DNA of 64,000 bases from an uncultured bacterium (GTDB taxonomy: Bacteria; SAR324; NAC60-12), in NCBI GenBank assembly GCA_965662235.1, contig CBFIGY010000014.1, positions 1-64,000 on the forward strand. Reading direction: 5' to 3'. The notes below the pieces were generated by a model that did no database searches, was not told the origin of the DNA, and saw nothing but the letters and a program-made list of their open reading frames with translations. Of the stretch, positions 11,832 to 20,327 are shown piece by piece. The translations under genes were made by a program, and so were the position numbers. Positions within the stretch are counted from its first letter, which is position 1; every line of letters begins with the position of its first letter.

Positions 11832-12224
11832 GTGAAGCGCTACACCTTCAACCGACAGAACTACAACATCTTCAAGAGCGACGCTGAGGCCGAGCGTCCC
11901 TTCCTCTACTTCTTCTGGGGAAAGTTTGACTTCCGCCTCATCCTGGTTCCGACGGATGCAGAAACCGCAGAGGCGGCGCCCAAGAAGAGCTTTCAGCGTG
12001 AAGGTCAGTTCTTCACCGTAGAGGCCTTTCAGCTCAAGCACCACAACGCGTGGTTCGACTACGTCAAGCCTACCGCTCATGGTCTGCAGCTGGAAGAGAC
12101 CAAGTGGCAAAATGGAGACAAGGCCCACTACATGGAGATTCCGCAAAACCTCCACGGCCTCGCTTGCCAGATGGCCGCAGAGGAATTGGGCCTCGCCCTG
12201 CTGCATCACGCGACGGCTTCATGA
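11832..12224 (+). CDS. Hypothetical protein (aromatic-rich, 130 aa)
   Basis: AAGGA RBS, host-like codon usage, ATGA overlap with miaB. Confidence 0.7.
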   Translation: MKRYTFNRQNYNIFKSDAEAERPFLYFFWGKFDFRLILVPTDAETAEAAPKKSFQREGQFFTVEAFQLKHHNAWFDYVKPTAHGLQLEETKWQNGDKAHYMEIPQNLHGLACQMAAEELGLALLHHATAS

Positions 12225-13561
12225 ACCACCCGCTCCCCTCCCGGCGCAAGGTCCACATCCAGACCTGGGGCTGTCAGATGAATGAGTATGACAGCGACAA
12301 GATGCTGGAGGTCCTGCGTCGTGAAAACTACGAGTTCACCGAACAACTGGACGATGCCGACCTGATCCTGCTCAACACCTGCTCGGTCCGGGACAAAGCG
12401 GAACAGAAGGTTTACAGCTTCCTCGGCAGCCTCCGGGAACTGAAGCAGCAGCGTCCGCACCTGAAGGTTGGGGTGGGCGGATGCGTGGCTCAGCAGGAAG
12501 GACGGGAGATCCTGCGACGGGCGGACACCGTGGACCTCGTCTTTGGCACCGACAACCTCTATGACCTCCCGGATCTGCTGGCAGAGGTGGAAGGCGGACA
12601 GCGCCTCGTTCAAACGGAACGGATCCAAGCTCGTCAGAAAGTCCGGAACTTTGTCCCCGGCTACGCCTTTGAGCCGAGCCAACCCGGATTGAAGGCACAC
12701 CTTGCGATCACCAAGGGCTGCAACAACTTCTGCTCCTTCTGCATTGTCCCCATCACCCGGGGCCTAGAAGTCAGTCGCGAGCCAGCCGACATTGTCGCTG
12801 AAGCCCAGCGCCTTGTTGCTTCCGGAACCAAGGAAATCTGCCTGCTTGGACAGAACGTCAACTCCTACAAGGCCAACGGAGTCTCCTTTGTCAACCTGCT
12901 GACGGAACTGGACCAGCTGGAGGGACTGGAACGCCTTCGCTTCACCTCCCCGCACCCCAAGGATTTCCAGGAAGAGCTGGCCGACGCGTTTGTTTCGCTG
13001 CCCTCGCTGTGTGAGCAGTTGCACCTGCCTCTGCAGTCGGGTTCAAGCGCCCTGCTGCGTCGCATGCGTCGCTGGTACACACTGGAAAAGTACCGAGACA
13101 AGGTGGAGCTGTACCGCTCACGGGTGCCGGAAGGAACCCTTTCCACCGACCTCATTGTGGGCTTCCCAGGAGAGACGGAAGCCGACTTCGAGGCGACCCT
13201 GTCGGCAGTCCGTGAATTCCGCTTTGACCTCATCTACGCCTTCAAGTACTCTCCTCGTCCAGGAACACCAGCAGCCGAGTACGACGGGCAGCTTCCGGAA
13301 GACGTCAAGCGGGAGCGGTTGCGGGTGCTGCTGGAAGAGCAAGACCGCATCTCGCGAGAGCGCAACGAGGCGCTGATTGGGACCACTCAGGAACTGCTCA
13401 TCGAAGGCCCCCATCCTCGGCGCCCGCACAGCCTCACCGGCCGGACCCGAGGAAATCACGCCGTTTCTGTGGCACACCGCCACGCCTCCGTTGGTGACCT
13501 CCTTCCGGTGCGGATCACAGCAGCCCGGACGTATGCTCTGGAAGCCGAAGCGCTCTCCTGA
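12221..13561 (+). CDS. miaB: tRNA-2-methylthio-N6-dimethylallyladenosine synthase
   Basis: TWGCQMNEYDS, LNTCSVRDKAEQK, GCNNFCSFC radical SAM motif, C-terminal TRAM domain. Confidence 0.95.
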   Translation: MNHPLPSRRKVHIQTWGCQMNEYDSDKMLEVLRRENYEFTEQLDDADLILLNTCSVRDKAEQKVYSFLGSLRELKQQRPHLKVGVGGCVAQQEGREILRRADTVDLVFGTDNLYDLPDLLAEVEGGQRLVQTERIQARQKVRNFVPGYAFEPSQPGLKAHLAITKGCNNFCSFCIVPITRGLEVSREPADIVAEAQRLVASGTKEICLLGQNVNSYKANGVSFVNLLTELDQLEGLERLRFTSPHPKDFQEELADAFVSLPSLCEQLHLPLQSGSSALLRRMRRWYTLEKYRDKVELYRSRVPEGTLSTDLIVGFPGETEADFEATLSAVREFRFDLIYAFKYSPRPGTPAAEYDGQLPEDVKRERLRVLLEEQDRISRERNEALIGTTQELLIEGPHPRRPHSLTGRTRGNHAVSVAHRHASVGDLLPVRITAARTYALEAEALS

Positions 13562-13577
13562 CCTCCTACGCCCCCTC

Positions 13578-13609
13578 GGCCTGCCCGCGCACGTCGGGGC
13601 GGGTCTTTT
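13578..13609 (+). terminator. Putative intrinsic terminator after miaB
   Basis: GGCCTGCCC...GGGCGGGTC followed by TTTT. Confidence 0.45.
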
Positions 13610-13668
13610 CGTTTGTCACACAACCCTGTAGCAGCGTCACCGTTGCTCCTCTCTCTCATCTGGCACGG

Positions 13669-14664
13669 ATGCTGGCCCCTAAGGTCATTCACCACCCCAA
13701 AGAACTGCAGTGTCCGGTGTGCCGGAAGCCGGGGGAGTGTGACCGCCACCTCGTGGAGTCGTGGCAGGAAGGTCGGCGGCCAGACCACCTAGGACGCCTG
13801 CTGAAGGAGCATCCTAACGCCTTTCCCATGCGGGGTCCGTTGCGAGAACGGTTTCCCAACCCTGAGGCCTGCTTTGAAGGATGTGTGCTGGTGGAGCACG
13901 ACGAGCACCCTCCTTCCGGACACCTTCCCCTCTTCACCGGAGAGGCTCTGATTCACAGCAACCGTCCGGTGCGCTGGATCTCCCTCTATCACCGAGAGGG
14001 GCCTCAGCTGCTGGAGCAGTACCAGCGCCTCATCCTCGCTCAGCTGAGCCGCTCCCGGCAGGTCCGGACCATCCTCAAGACGCTCAAACGCGGATCCTCC
14101 AAGAAGCTTCAAGGTGAGCAAGGCTCGCTCTTCCAAGAAGACGCCCCCGCGCCTTCGCCCCAAGCCGACCCGAAAGCAAAGCCTTCGCAATCCCCCACGC
14201 CGACGCGTCGACGTCCGGCCTCCCGGAAGGCGTCATCCGCTTCTACGGCGGCTACCGCTCCTCCTTTGTCCTCCAAACCTCCAGCCGAGCACTCAGAGCC
14301 TCGACCCGTTCCTCCGGAAGAAGAAGCATTGGCTCAGGCGCTGGCCCCTCTGGATGAAGCACGTCCCTCAGGAGCCTCCGGGCGAGCTAACCCCGACGTT
14401 TCAGAAGCGGTTTCTCCGGAATCAACGACCCCGGCGCCGGAAGTTCCGGATTACGTTGATGAGATGGCAGAGCACCTTGCGGGTCCGCTGCAGCCTCTTC
14501 CTGATGAGAACGATCCGGTGCTGTATCAGCTGATTCCCGATGATGCGATGGAAATTGCTGCGTTTATGTCAGGCTTGGATTCCGAAGAAGATGACGGCAG
14601 CGATTCCATGTCCCGGCGCGACCGTTCCCTCTGGGCAGAAGAAATGATGAAGAACCTGTTGTAG
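13669..14664 (+). CDS. Hypothetical protein: N-terminal CxxC-x5-CxxH, Pro/Ala/Ser-rich linker, acidic C-terminus
   Basis: 331-aa ORF filling the intergenic space; CPVCRKPGECDRH. Confidence 0.7.
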   Translation: MLAPKVIHHPKELQCPVCRKPGECDRHLVESWQEGRRPDHLGRLLKEHPNAFPMRGPLRERFPNPEACFEGCVLVEHDEHPPSGHLPLFTGEALIHSNRPVRWISLYHREGPQLLEQYQRLILAQLSRSRQVRTILKTLKRGSSKKLQGEQGSLFQEDAPAPSPQADPKAKPSQSPTPTRRRPASRKASSASTAATAPPLSSKPPAEHSEPRPVPPEEEALAQALAPLDEARPSGASGRANPDVSEAVSPESTTPAPEVPDYVDEMAEHLAGPLQPLPDENDPVLYQLIPDDAMEIAAFMSGLDSEEDDGSDSMSRRDRSLWAEEMMKNLL

Positions 14665-14667
14665 CAG

Positions 14668-15570
14668 TCAGCCGGTCGGATTCGACGGCCGGAAGATTCG
14701 CTCCCACGGCAACTCCGCCAGCAGCATGCCGGCGAGAATCAGCCCGCACCCTCCGATCTCCGCAGCACTCAGCACCTCCCCTGCCCAAAAGACTCCGGTA
14801 AAGGCCGCAAAGACGGGCTCCATGATGAAGATCAGCGCGACCCGTGTGGGCGTGGTGTGCTTCTGAAAGTGCGTCTGCGCAAAGAACGCGATGGCGGTGG
14901 CAAAGATGCCTGTCACAACGAGTGCGCCCAGCACCTCCGGACTGAAGAGGATTTCCGGATCAAAGATGAGGCGCCAGTTCTCCGTTGCCCCTGCAAACCC
15001 AGCGCTAAGCAAAGCCACCACCGCCGTCTGGATGACCGTCAGCGGTAGCGCCGCGTGCTCCTGGGTATACCGAGCCGTGAAGACGATGTGGAGCGCAAAG
15101 GCGGCTCCGCACAGGGCGGCCAGCACGTCTCCCGGATTCCAGTCCCCCAGCCCACCTCCAGTCAGGAGAAACAGCCCCCCCACAGCCACCGTCACTCCGA
15201 GCAAGGCGCTTGGTGCAGGACGGCGCTTGAGGATCAGCAAGGTGAAGAGTGGGACAAAGATCGCGTACAGGCCGGTCAGAAACGCCGTCTTCGAGGAGGT
15301 CGTCAGGGTGAGGGCCACGGTCTGCAGCCCAAACGCCAAGCAGAGCCAAAAGCCCAGCAGCGCTCCGTGCAGAAGCAGCCGTTTGCTAGGCGCTGTTCCT
15401 TGGCGTCCCCACCAGACGCTGGCCAGCACTCCGGCGGCAATGGTAAACCGGACCGTGTTGAAGGAAAGCGGCTCCAGCAGAGCCACCGCATTCTGGACCA
15501 CCACGAAGGTCGTGCCCCAGACCAAGGCGACGCTGAGCAGAATGCCATCTGCCCGAAGGTGAGAGCTCAT
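14668..15570 (-). CDS. DMT/EamA family transporter
   Basis: WGTTFVVV, TTSSKTAFLTGL, ALIFIMEPVFA. Confidence 0.88.
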   Translation of the reverse strand: MSSHLRADGILLSVALVWGTTFVVVQNAVALLEPLSFNTVRFTIAAGVLASVWWGRQGTAPSKRLLLHGALLGFWLCLAFGLQTVALTLTTSSKTAFLTGLYAIFVPLFTLLILKRRPAPSALLGVTVAVGGLFLLTGGGLGDWNPGDVLAALCGAAFALHIVFTARYTQEHAALPLTVIQTAVVALLSAGFAGATENWRLIFDPEILFSPEVLGALVVTGIFATAIAFFAQTHFQKHTTPTRVALIFIMEPVFAAFTGVFWAGEVLSAAEIGGCGLILAGMLLAELPWERIFRPSNPTG

Positions 15571-15594
15571 GAAGAGGACAAAAAGGGGAGGGCG

Positions 15595-15831
15595 TCAGTC
15601 AATGAGGGAGCTGTCCCGAACCCGGGGATTGGGAGGCGTTCGCGGCTCACGGGGGCGTTCACAGAGGGCGTTGTCGGTGTAGTTGACCACTCGACGCAGG
15701 GGCGGGTCTTCGGACTCATACACGCAGCTGTCCCCCCGGTTCACCCAGGTGGTGGAGCACCCACTCAGCACCAGCATGAGCCCCGTCAGGCAAGCAAGTT
15801 GCAGACGGACTTTCAAGAATTTAGGGTTCAC
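15595..15831 (-). CDS. Small putative lipoprotein
   Basis: Signal peptide with lipobox LSGC; two further Cys. Confidence 0.55.
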   Translation of the reverse strand: MNPKFLKVRLQLACLTGLMLVLSGCSTTWVNRGDSCVYESEDPPLRRVVNYTDNALCERPREPRTPPNPRVRDSSLID

Positions 15832-16011
15832 TGCGAGGCCTCAGCATTGTTTTTGCAAGAGCTTCCGTTTGGAGGAAGCAGCGCTTGTTGACTCCCTAGA
15901 GCAGCAGGCTCATTCGCGTACTGCTCTCAGAAGGATAGGTTTTTTTCCCGTAAGATCAAGATGAAGCGCTGGTCCTCCGCTCACTCAATCATCTGCAGCT
16001 AACGTATATTT

Positions 16012-17193
16012 GTGACGATTCAAATCGGCACGGGGCTTTCCCAGAATCCCGATTCGCTTCTGGCCACTCGAGAGGCCTACCAACAGGCCTGTCGCGCTGC
16101 CGGATGCGATCACCCCCCCGACTGGATTCTCCTGTTCTTCAACACGCCTCACATGGAGCAATCCGAGCAGATCCACGACCTGCTGGCGGAAATCTGTTCG
16201 TGTGTGGTGGGTGGGAGCTTTTCCGGAGTGCTGACGGGCGCTGGAGAGGTTCTGGAGGAGCCTGCCATTGCGCTGATGATCGGCGTCACTCCGGGCGTCG
16301 AGGCCAGTGGCTTTGTTCACTTTCAGGAACTGGAACACAGCATGAGTGTGATGCAACAGGTCAAGGAGACCCTGGAGCAGCAGGCCCACCAGCCACTCCT
16401 GTTGACCTTTCCTGACACCTATGAGCACCAGCCCCACAACCTCATCAACACCCTCAACTTCGCGCGTTCCCGTCCGGTCGCCTTTGGAGCCGCTTCCTGC
16501 AACGACGGCACCTATCAGCAGGCCGTCCAAGTGGGGCCTCGAGGAGCAGCTCTCAGCGGCGTGTCCGGAATCACCTTCTCCGGCATTCCTCACTTTCAGG
16601 CCGGAGTCACTCAGGCGTGTGTCACCATGGGGGAGCCCATGTTCATCACTGAGGTCCGGGACAACCAGATTCTGAAGCTGGATGACTTTCCGGCGCTTGA
16701 GGTGTTCATCACCGTGGCTTCCGAGCTGGGGATCCGTGAGCTGGAAACCGCCGCCCAGCACCTGCTCTTCAGCCTGCCGCTGGATCGGCAACAGCCCAGC
16801 TTTGGAGGAGAGTCCGCTTTGGTCCGGGGCCTGACGGGCGTTGATGTGGTTTCGCAGGGACTGGAGCTGGCCGAGTTTGTTCAAGAAGGCATGGTCGTCT
16901 CCTTTGCCTACCGCAGCGCTGTCACCGCCGAACAGGACTTCCGGGAGATGCTGCAGCGCCTCAAGCAGCAGGACGAGCGTCGCCCCAGCTTTGGTGTCTA
17001 CCTCAACTGTGCGGCACGAGGAACCGCGCTTTACGGGCGCCCCAACGTTGACACCGAGGCCATTCGGGAGGTGCTGGGAGAGTTTCCGCTGATCGGTTGT
17101 TTCGGAGGCTATGAGCTGGGCACCGTCTCTCAGGGACTCAACCTCTACACCCACACCGGCGTGCTGCTGCTCGCCTACTTGGACGAGGCATGA
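16012..17193 (+). CDS. FIST N/C domain protein (NosP-like)
   Basis: VTQAC..MGEPMFIT, YLNCAARG..LYG, PLIGCFGGYELG, YTHTGVL. Confidence 0.88.
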   Translation: MTIQIGTGLSQNPDSLLATREAYQQACRAAGCDHPPDWILLFFNTPHMEQSEQIHDLLAEICSCVVGGSFSGVLTGAGEVLEEPAIALMIGVTPGVEASGFVHFQELEHSMSVMQQVKETLEQQAHQPLLLTFPDTYEHQPHNLINTLNFARSRPVAFGAASCNDGTYQQAVQVGPRGAALSGVSGITFSGIPHFQAGVTQACVTMGEPMFITEVRDNQILKLDDFPALEVFITVASELGIRELETAAQHLLFSLPLDRQQPSFGGESALVRGLTGVDVVSQGLELAEFVQEGMVVSFAYRSAVTAEQDFREMLQRLKQQDERRPSFGVYLNCAARGTALYGRPNVDTEAIREVLGEFPLIGCFGGYELGTVSQGLNLYTHTGVLLLAYLDEA

Positions 17194-17702
17194 CGCTCAT
17201 CCGGATCCTTCTAGGACTGAGCGTGTTCCTGAGCGGGTGTGGCTACACGCTGGAGCGGGGCAATCCGCCCCTCCCTGCAGACGCACGGACCCTCGCGCTG
17301 CTGCCGGTCCGGAACGAGACCTATGAGCCCGGGCTGGAAACAGAGGCGGCCGCTCAGATGCAGGAGCTCCTGCGCGCCAATACGTCGGTTGTCCTGACCA
17401 TCCCGGATCAGGCCGATCAGGTCCTTGAGTTCACGCTCACCCGGCTGGTTGAGTCCAAGACTGAAGCCACCACAGATGCCCCGGCTGGAGTCACTGTCAG
17501 CCTCAGTGCGCAGGCCAGCCTGCAGGACCGACGCTCCGGAGCCTACCTCTGGGAAAACGTCGGCGTCCAGGCCTCCGTCAGTGAGTCCGCGGTGAATGAC
17601 TCCCTGGAACTGACTTCGGGCATTCAAACCACCCGGATTCGACAGGACCTCCTCCTGGAACTCTGCCGCAAGGTCTACGACCGCATCTTTTTGGATTTTT
17701 AA
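17190..17702 (+). CDS. lptE: LptE-like LPS assembly lipoprotein
   Basis: Lipobox LSGCGY; NETYEPGLE motif of delta-type LptE; ATGA coupling to the FIST gene. Confidence 0.7.
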   Translation: MTLIRILLGLSVFLSGCGYTLERGNPPLPADARTLALLPVRNETYEPGLETEAAAQMQELLRANTSVVLTIPDQADQVLEFTLTRLVESKTEATTDAPAGVTVSLSAQASLQDRRSGAYLWENVGVQASVSESAVNDSLELTSGIQTTRIRQDLLLELCRKVYDRIFLDF

Positions 17703-17828
17703 GGCACGTTTCTTCTTTCTTCTTTCCGGAAACCCCTTAAAATATCGGTTTTTTCCTACTCAGCACTACAGTTCCCTTAAGCATCCGCTCAACACTGTAG
17801 TTCCCCCAACAAACCATCAGGAGTGGCC

Positions 17829-18185
17829 ATGCAGGAAGCAGATCAAGCTTACTTCCGGACTCGGCTAACAGAAATGAAGCAGGAGCTTCAGGGAGAATCA
17901 GAGGAAACCGTTCATGAAATGCGGGAAGAAAACACGCTGTTTCCCGACCCGAACGACCGAGCCTCGCTGGAAAGTGACAACATCAACCTCCTCCGAATCC
18001 GCGATCGTGAACGTAAGTTGTTGGCCAAAGTGGAAGAGGCCCTGGAGCGTTTAGACGAAGGCACTTTCGGGATCTGTGAAGAGTGTGGGGAAGAGATTGG
18101 CGTTGAGCGCCTGAAGATTCGCCCGGTGACCACTTACTGCATTGCCTGCAAGGAACAGCAAGAAGCTGAAGAACGCCGCGGTTAA
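17829..18185 (+). CDS. dksA: RNA polymerase-binding protein DksA
   Basis: PDPNDRAS coiled-coil tip, RDRERKL, CEEC...CIAC zinc finger; CAGGAG RBS. Confidence 0.93.
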   Translation: MQEADQAYFRTRLTEMKQELQGESEETVHEMREENTLFPDPNDRASLESDNINLLRIRDRERKLLAKVEEALERLDEGTFGICEECGEEIGVERLKIRPVTTYCIACKEQQEAEERRG

Positions 18186-18200
18186 ACGTCCCTCCTGATC

Positions 18201-18221
18201 ACGGCTCTTCGGAGCCGTTTT
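18201..18221 (+). terminator. Intrinsic terminator after dksA
   Basis: ACGGCTC-TTCG-GAGCCGT then TTT. Confidence 0.7.
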
Positions 18222-18233
18222 GCTTTCCTTTCC

Positions 18234-18755
18234 TCACGACCCTCCCTTGACCTGCTTCTGAATGAACTGAGCCACCTGCTCAGGGTCATTGAGGTTCAGA
18301 ACCGGAACCGGAACCGCTTGGGGAAGGGGCGCATCGGTCGCAATCGCAATCACTCCCGGCACCTGTTTCTGTAACAACGGATGCCCCAGGGCCGGACGAT
18401 GCAGCTCCAGCTTGGGAAAGTCCTCTCGCTTGAAGCCCTCCACGAGCACCACGTCCAGTTCCGTGAGCGGAAGCGTTTCCAGCAATGCAGTCAGTTCAGG
18501 CGCCTCTGTCCGTTCCGGAGTCTCGCGCACCAGTGCCCAGCGGTTTTGCGATGCGACCAGCACCGCTTCAGCGCCTGCCTTTCTGAGCTCGTAGCTGTCC
18601 TTGCCAGGCCGGTCCGTTTCAAACTCGTGATGCGCGTGCTTCACCAGTCCCACCCGGAGTCCGGCGTTCCGGAGCAAGGGAATCACCTGACGCAACAGCG
18701 TTGTCTTTCCAGTACCGCTGAAGGCGCAAATGCCCAGCACCTTTGAAGGAATCAC
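18234..18755 (-). CDS. mobB: Molybdopterin-guanine dinucleotide biosynthesis protein MobB
   Basis: FSGTGKTTLL, VKHAHH.FE.D.PGKDSY, VLVEGFK; GTGA overlap with the tupB stop. Only the C-terminal part of the 402-aa track ORF is real. Confidence 0.9.
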   Translation of the reverse strand: MIPSKVLGICAFSGTGKTTLLRQVIPLLRNAGLRVGLVKHAHHEFETDRPGKDSYELRKAGAEAVLVASQNRWALVRETPERTEAPELTALLETLPLTELDVVLVEGFKREDFPKLELHRPALGHPLLQKQVPGVIAIATDAPLPQAVPVPVLNLNDPEQVAQFIQKQVKGGS

Positions 18756-19453
18756 CGCCACGCGCGCTCCGATCCCTGCAGGGGCCCCAGCAGCAGGTTG
18801 ATGCCCACCGACAGCACCAGCAGCAACAGCCCCAGCGCAATGCCCTGTGCAAACTCCCCCTTGCTTGTTTCCAGCGCAATCGCCGTGGTCATGGTCCGTG
18901 TGTGGTGCAAGATGTTGCCTCCCAGCATCATTGAGGCGCCCACTTCCGAAATCAAGCGTCCGAACGCCGCCGCTAGTGCCGTCAGCAGACTGAAGCGAAC
19001 CTCCTGCAACAGCGTCCACGAGGCTCGAAACGGAGAGGCGCCCAGCATCCGGGCAGCTTCCCAGGTTTGCCGAGTGGATGCCCTGAGGGCGCCGTGCATC
19101 AAGGCCACCAGCAGCGGGAAGGACAGTACCATCTGCGCCAGCATCATTGCCTCTTGGGTGAACAGCAAACGCAGGCTGCCCAGCACCCCCTGACGCGTCA
19201 GCAGCAGGTACAGCAGCAATCCCACCAGCACCGTCGGCAACGCCATCAGTGCGTGGCAAATCGACAGCACCCACCGTCCTCCCCAAATCCGCCCCAATGC
19301 CAATCCCAGCGCCAGCCCCAATGCCAAAGGAACCGTCAGCAACAGCGCCCTCAGGGAGACGGAAAAAGACACCCCCACAATCTCCCAGAGGGCCGGATCT
19401 CCTTGCAGCAACAGCAACAACGCCTGCTGAAAGGGTTCCCACAGCGACTCCAT
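18752..19453 (-). CDS. tupB: Tungstate ABC transporter permease
   Basis: LMALPTVLVGLLLY, FGRLISEVGASMMLGGNI..HTRTMTTAIALETSKG. Confidence 0.9.
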   Translation of the reverse strand: MESLWEPFQQALLLLLQGDPALWEIVGVSFSVSLRALLLTVPLALGLALGLALGRIWGGRWVLSICHALMALPTVLVGLLLYLLLTRQGVLGSLRLLFTQEAMMLAQMVLSFPLLVALMHGALRASTRQTWEAARMLGASPFRASWTLLQEVRFSLLTALAAAFGRLISEVGASMMLGGNILHHTRTMTTAIALETSKGEFAQGIALGLLLLVLSVGINLLLGPLQGSERAWR

Positions 19454-20289
19454 CAGGGACGGTCCTTCACCGCCGTTGGAATGAACAGGGGCGTTTCCTG
19501 CACCGTGAACTCCCGGATCAGCTGCTGGCCCGACACAGAAGTCAACCACGCAATGAAACGCATGGCGCCTAGGTAATTCACTTCCCGGTACCGGTCTGGA
19601 TTGACCGCGATGATGCCGTAGGGATTGAACAAGCGGTCATCGCCTTCCACCAGCACCTCTAGGTTCAGCTTCTCCCGGAAGGCAAGCCAGGTGCCGCGGT
19701 CCGTCAGCGTGTACGCTCCCAGTTCGGAGCTCATCACCAAAACCGCGCCCATGCCCTGTCCGGCTTCTCGATAATTTGCAGTTTTCGGCATTCCGCCAGC
19801 AAGCGCCCACAGGGCCCGCTCCTTTTTATGTGTCCCGGAATCATCTCCTCGCGACACAAACAGCGCGTCTGCCTGACGCACCCGCTGTAGCGCCTCCGGA
19901 GCCTGCGTCAGGCCACGGAGACCCGCCGGATCTTCCGGGGGTCCCACTAGGACAAAGTCGTTGTACATGACCGCGCGCCGGTTGACCCCGAACCCGGCGT
20001 CCACAAAGGCCTGCTCAGCCGCTGGCGCATGCACCAGCACCACATCGACGTTTCCGTCTTCTCCAAGCTTCAGCGCCTTGCCGGTTCCCACAGCAATCAC
20101 CTGAACCTCATCCCCCGTCTGCGCCTCATAGACGGGGAGCAACGCTGCCAGCAATCCGGAGTTGTCCGTACTGGTCGTTGTGGCCAACCGGAGCGGAGCA
20201 GCCTGCACACAGGAAATGCTAAACAGAAGGGTCAGGAGCCAAAGCCCCTTTCCGAAGAAGCTGAAATTCAGAGATCGCAGTTTTGTCAT
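19453..20289 (-). CDS. tupA: Tungstate-binding periplasmic protein
   Basis: TupA signature ATTTSTDNSGLL, VGTGKAL, VHAP, SRGDDSGTH. Confidence 0.92.
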   Translation of the reverse strand: MTKLRSLNFSFFGKGLWLLTLLFSISCVQAAPLRLATTTSTDNSGLLAALLPVYEAQTGDEVQVIAVGTGKALKLGEDGNVDVVLVHAPAAEQAFVDAGFGVNRRAVMYNDFVLVGPPEDPAGLRGLTQAPEALQRVRQADALFVSRGDDSGTHKKERALWALAGGMPKTANYREAGQGMGAVLVMSSELGAYTLTDRGTWLAFREKLNLEVLVEGDDRLFNPYGIIAVNPDRYREVNYLGAMRFIAWLTSVSGQQLIREFTVQETPLFIPTAVKDRP

Positions 20290-20327
20290 TGCACGGTTTT
20301 TCGAGTCGAAGTGAAGTCGGTTCCGCC

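Noticed and set aside
18234..19442. 402-aa MobB fusion from the ORF track
   Set aside because: The N-terminal part is an alternative frame over tupB; the real start is the GTG at 18755 coupled to the tupB stop.
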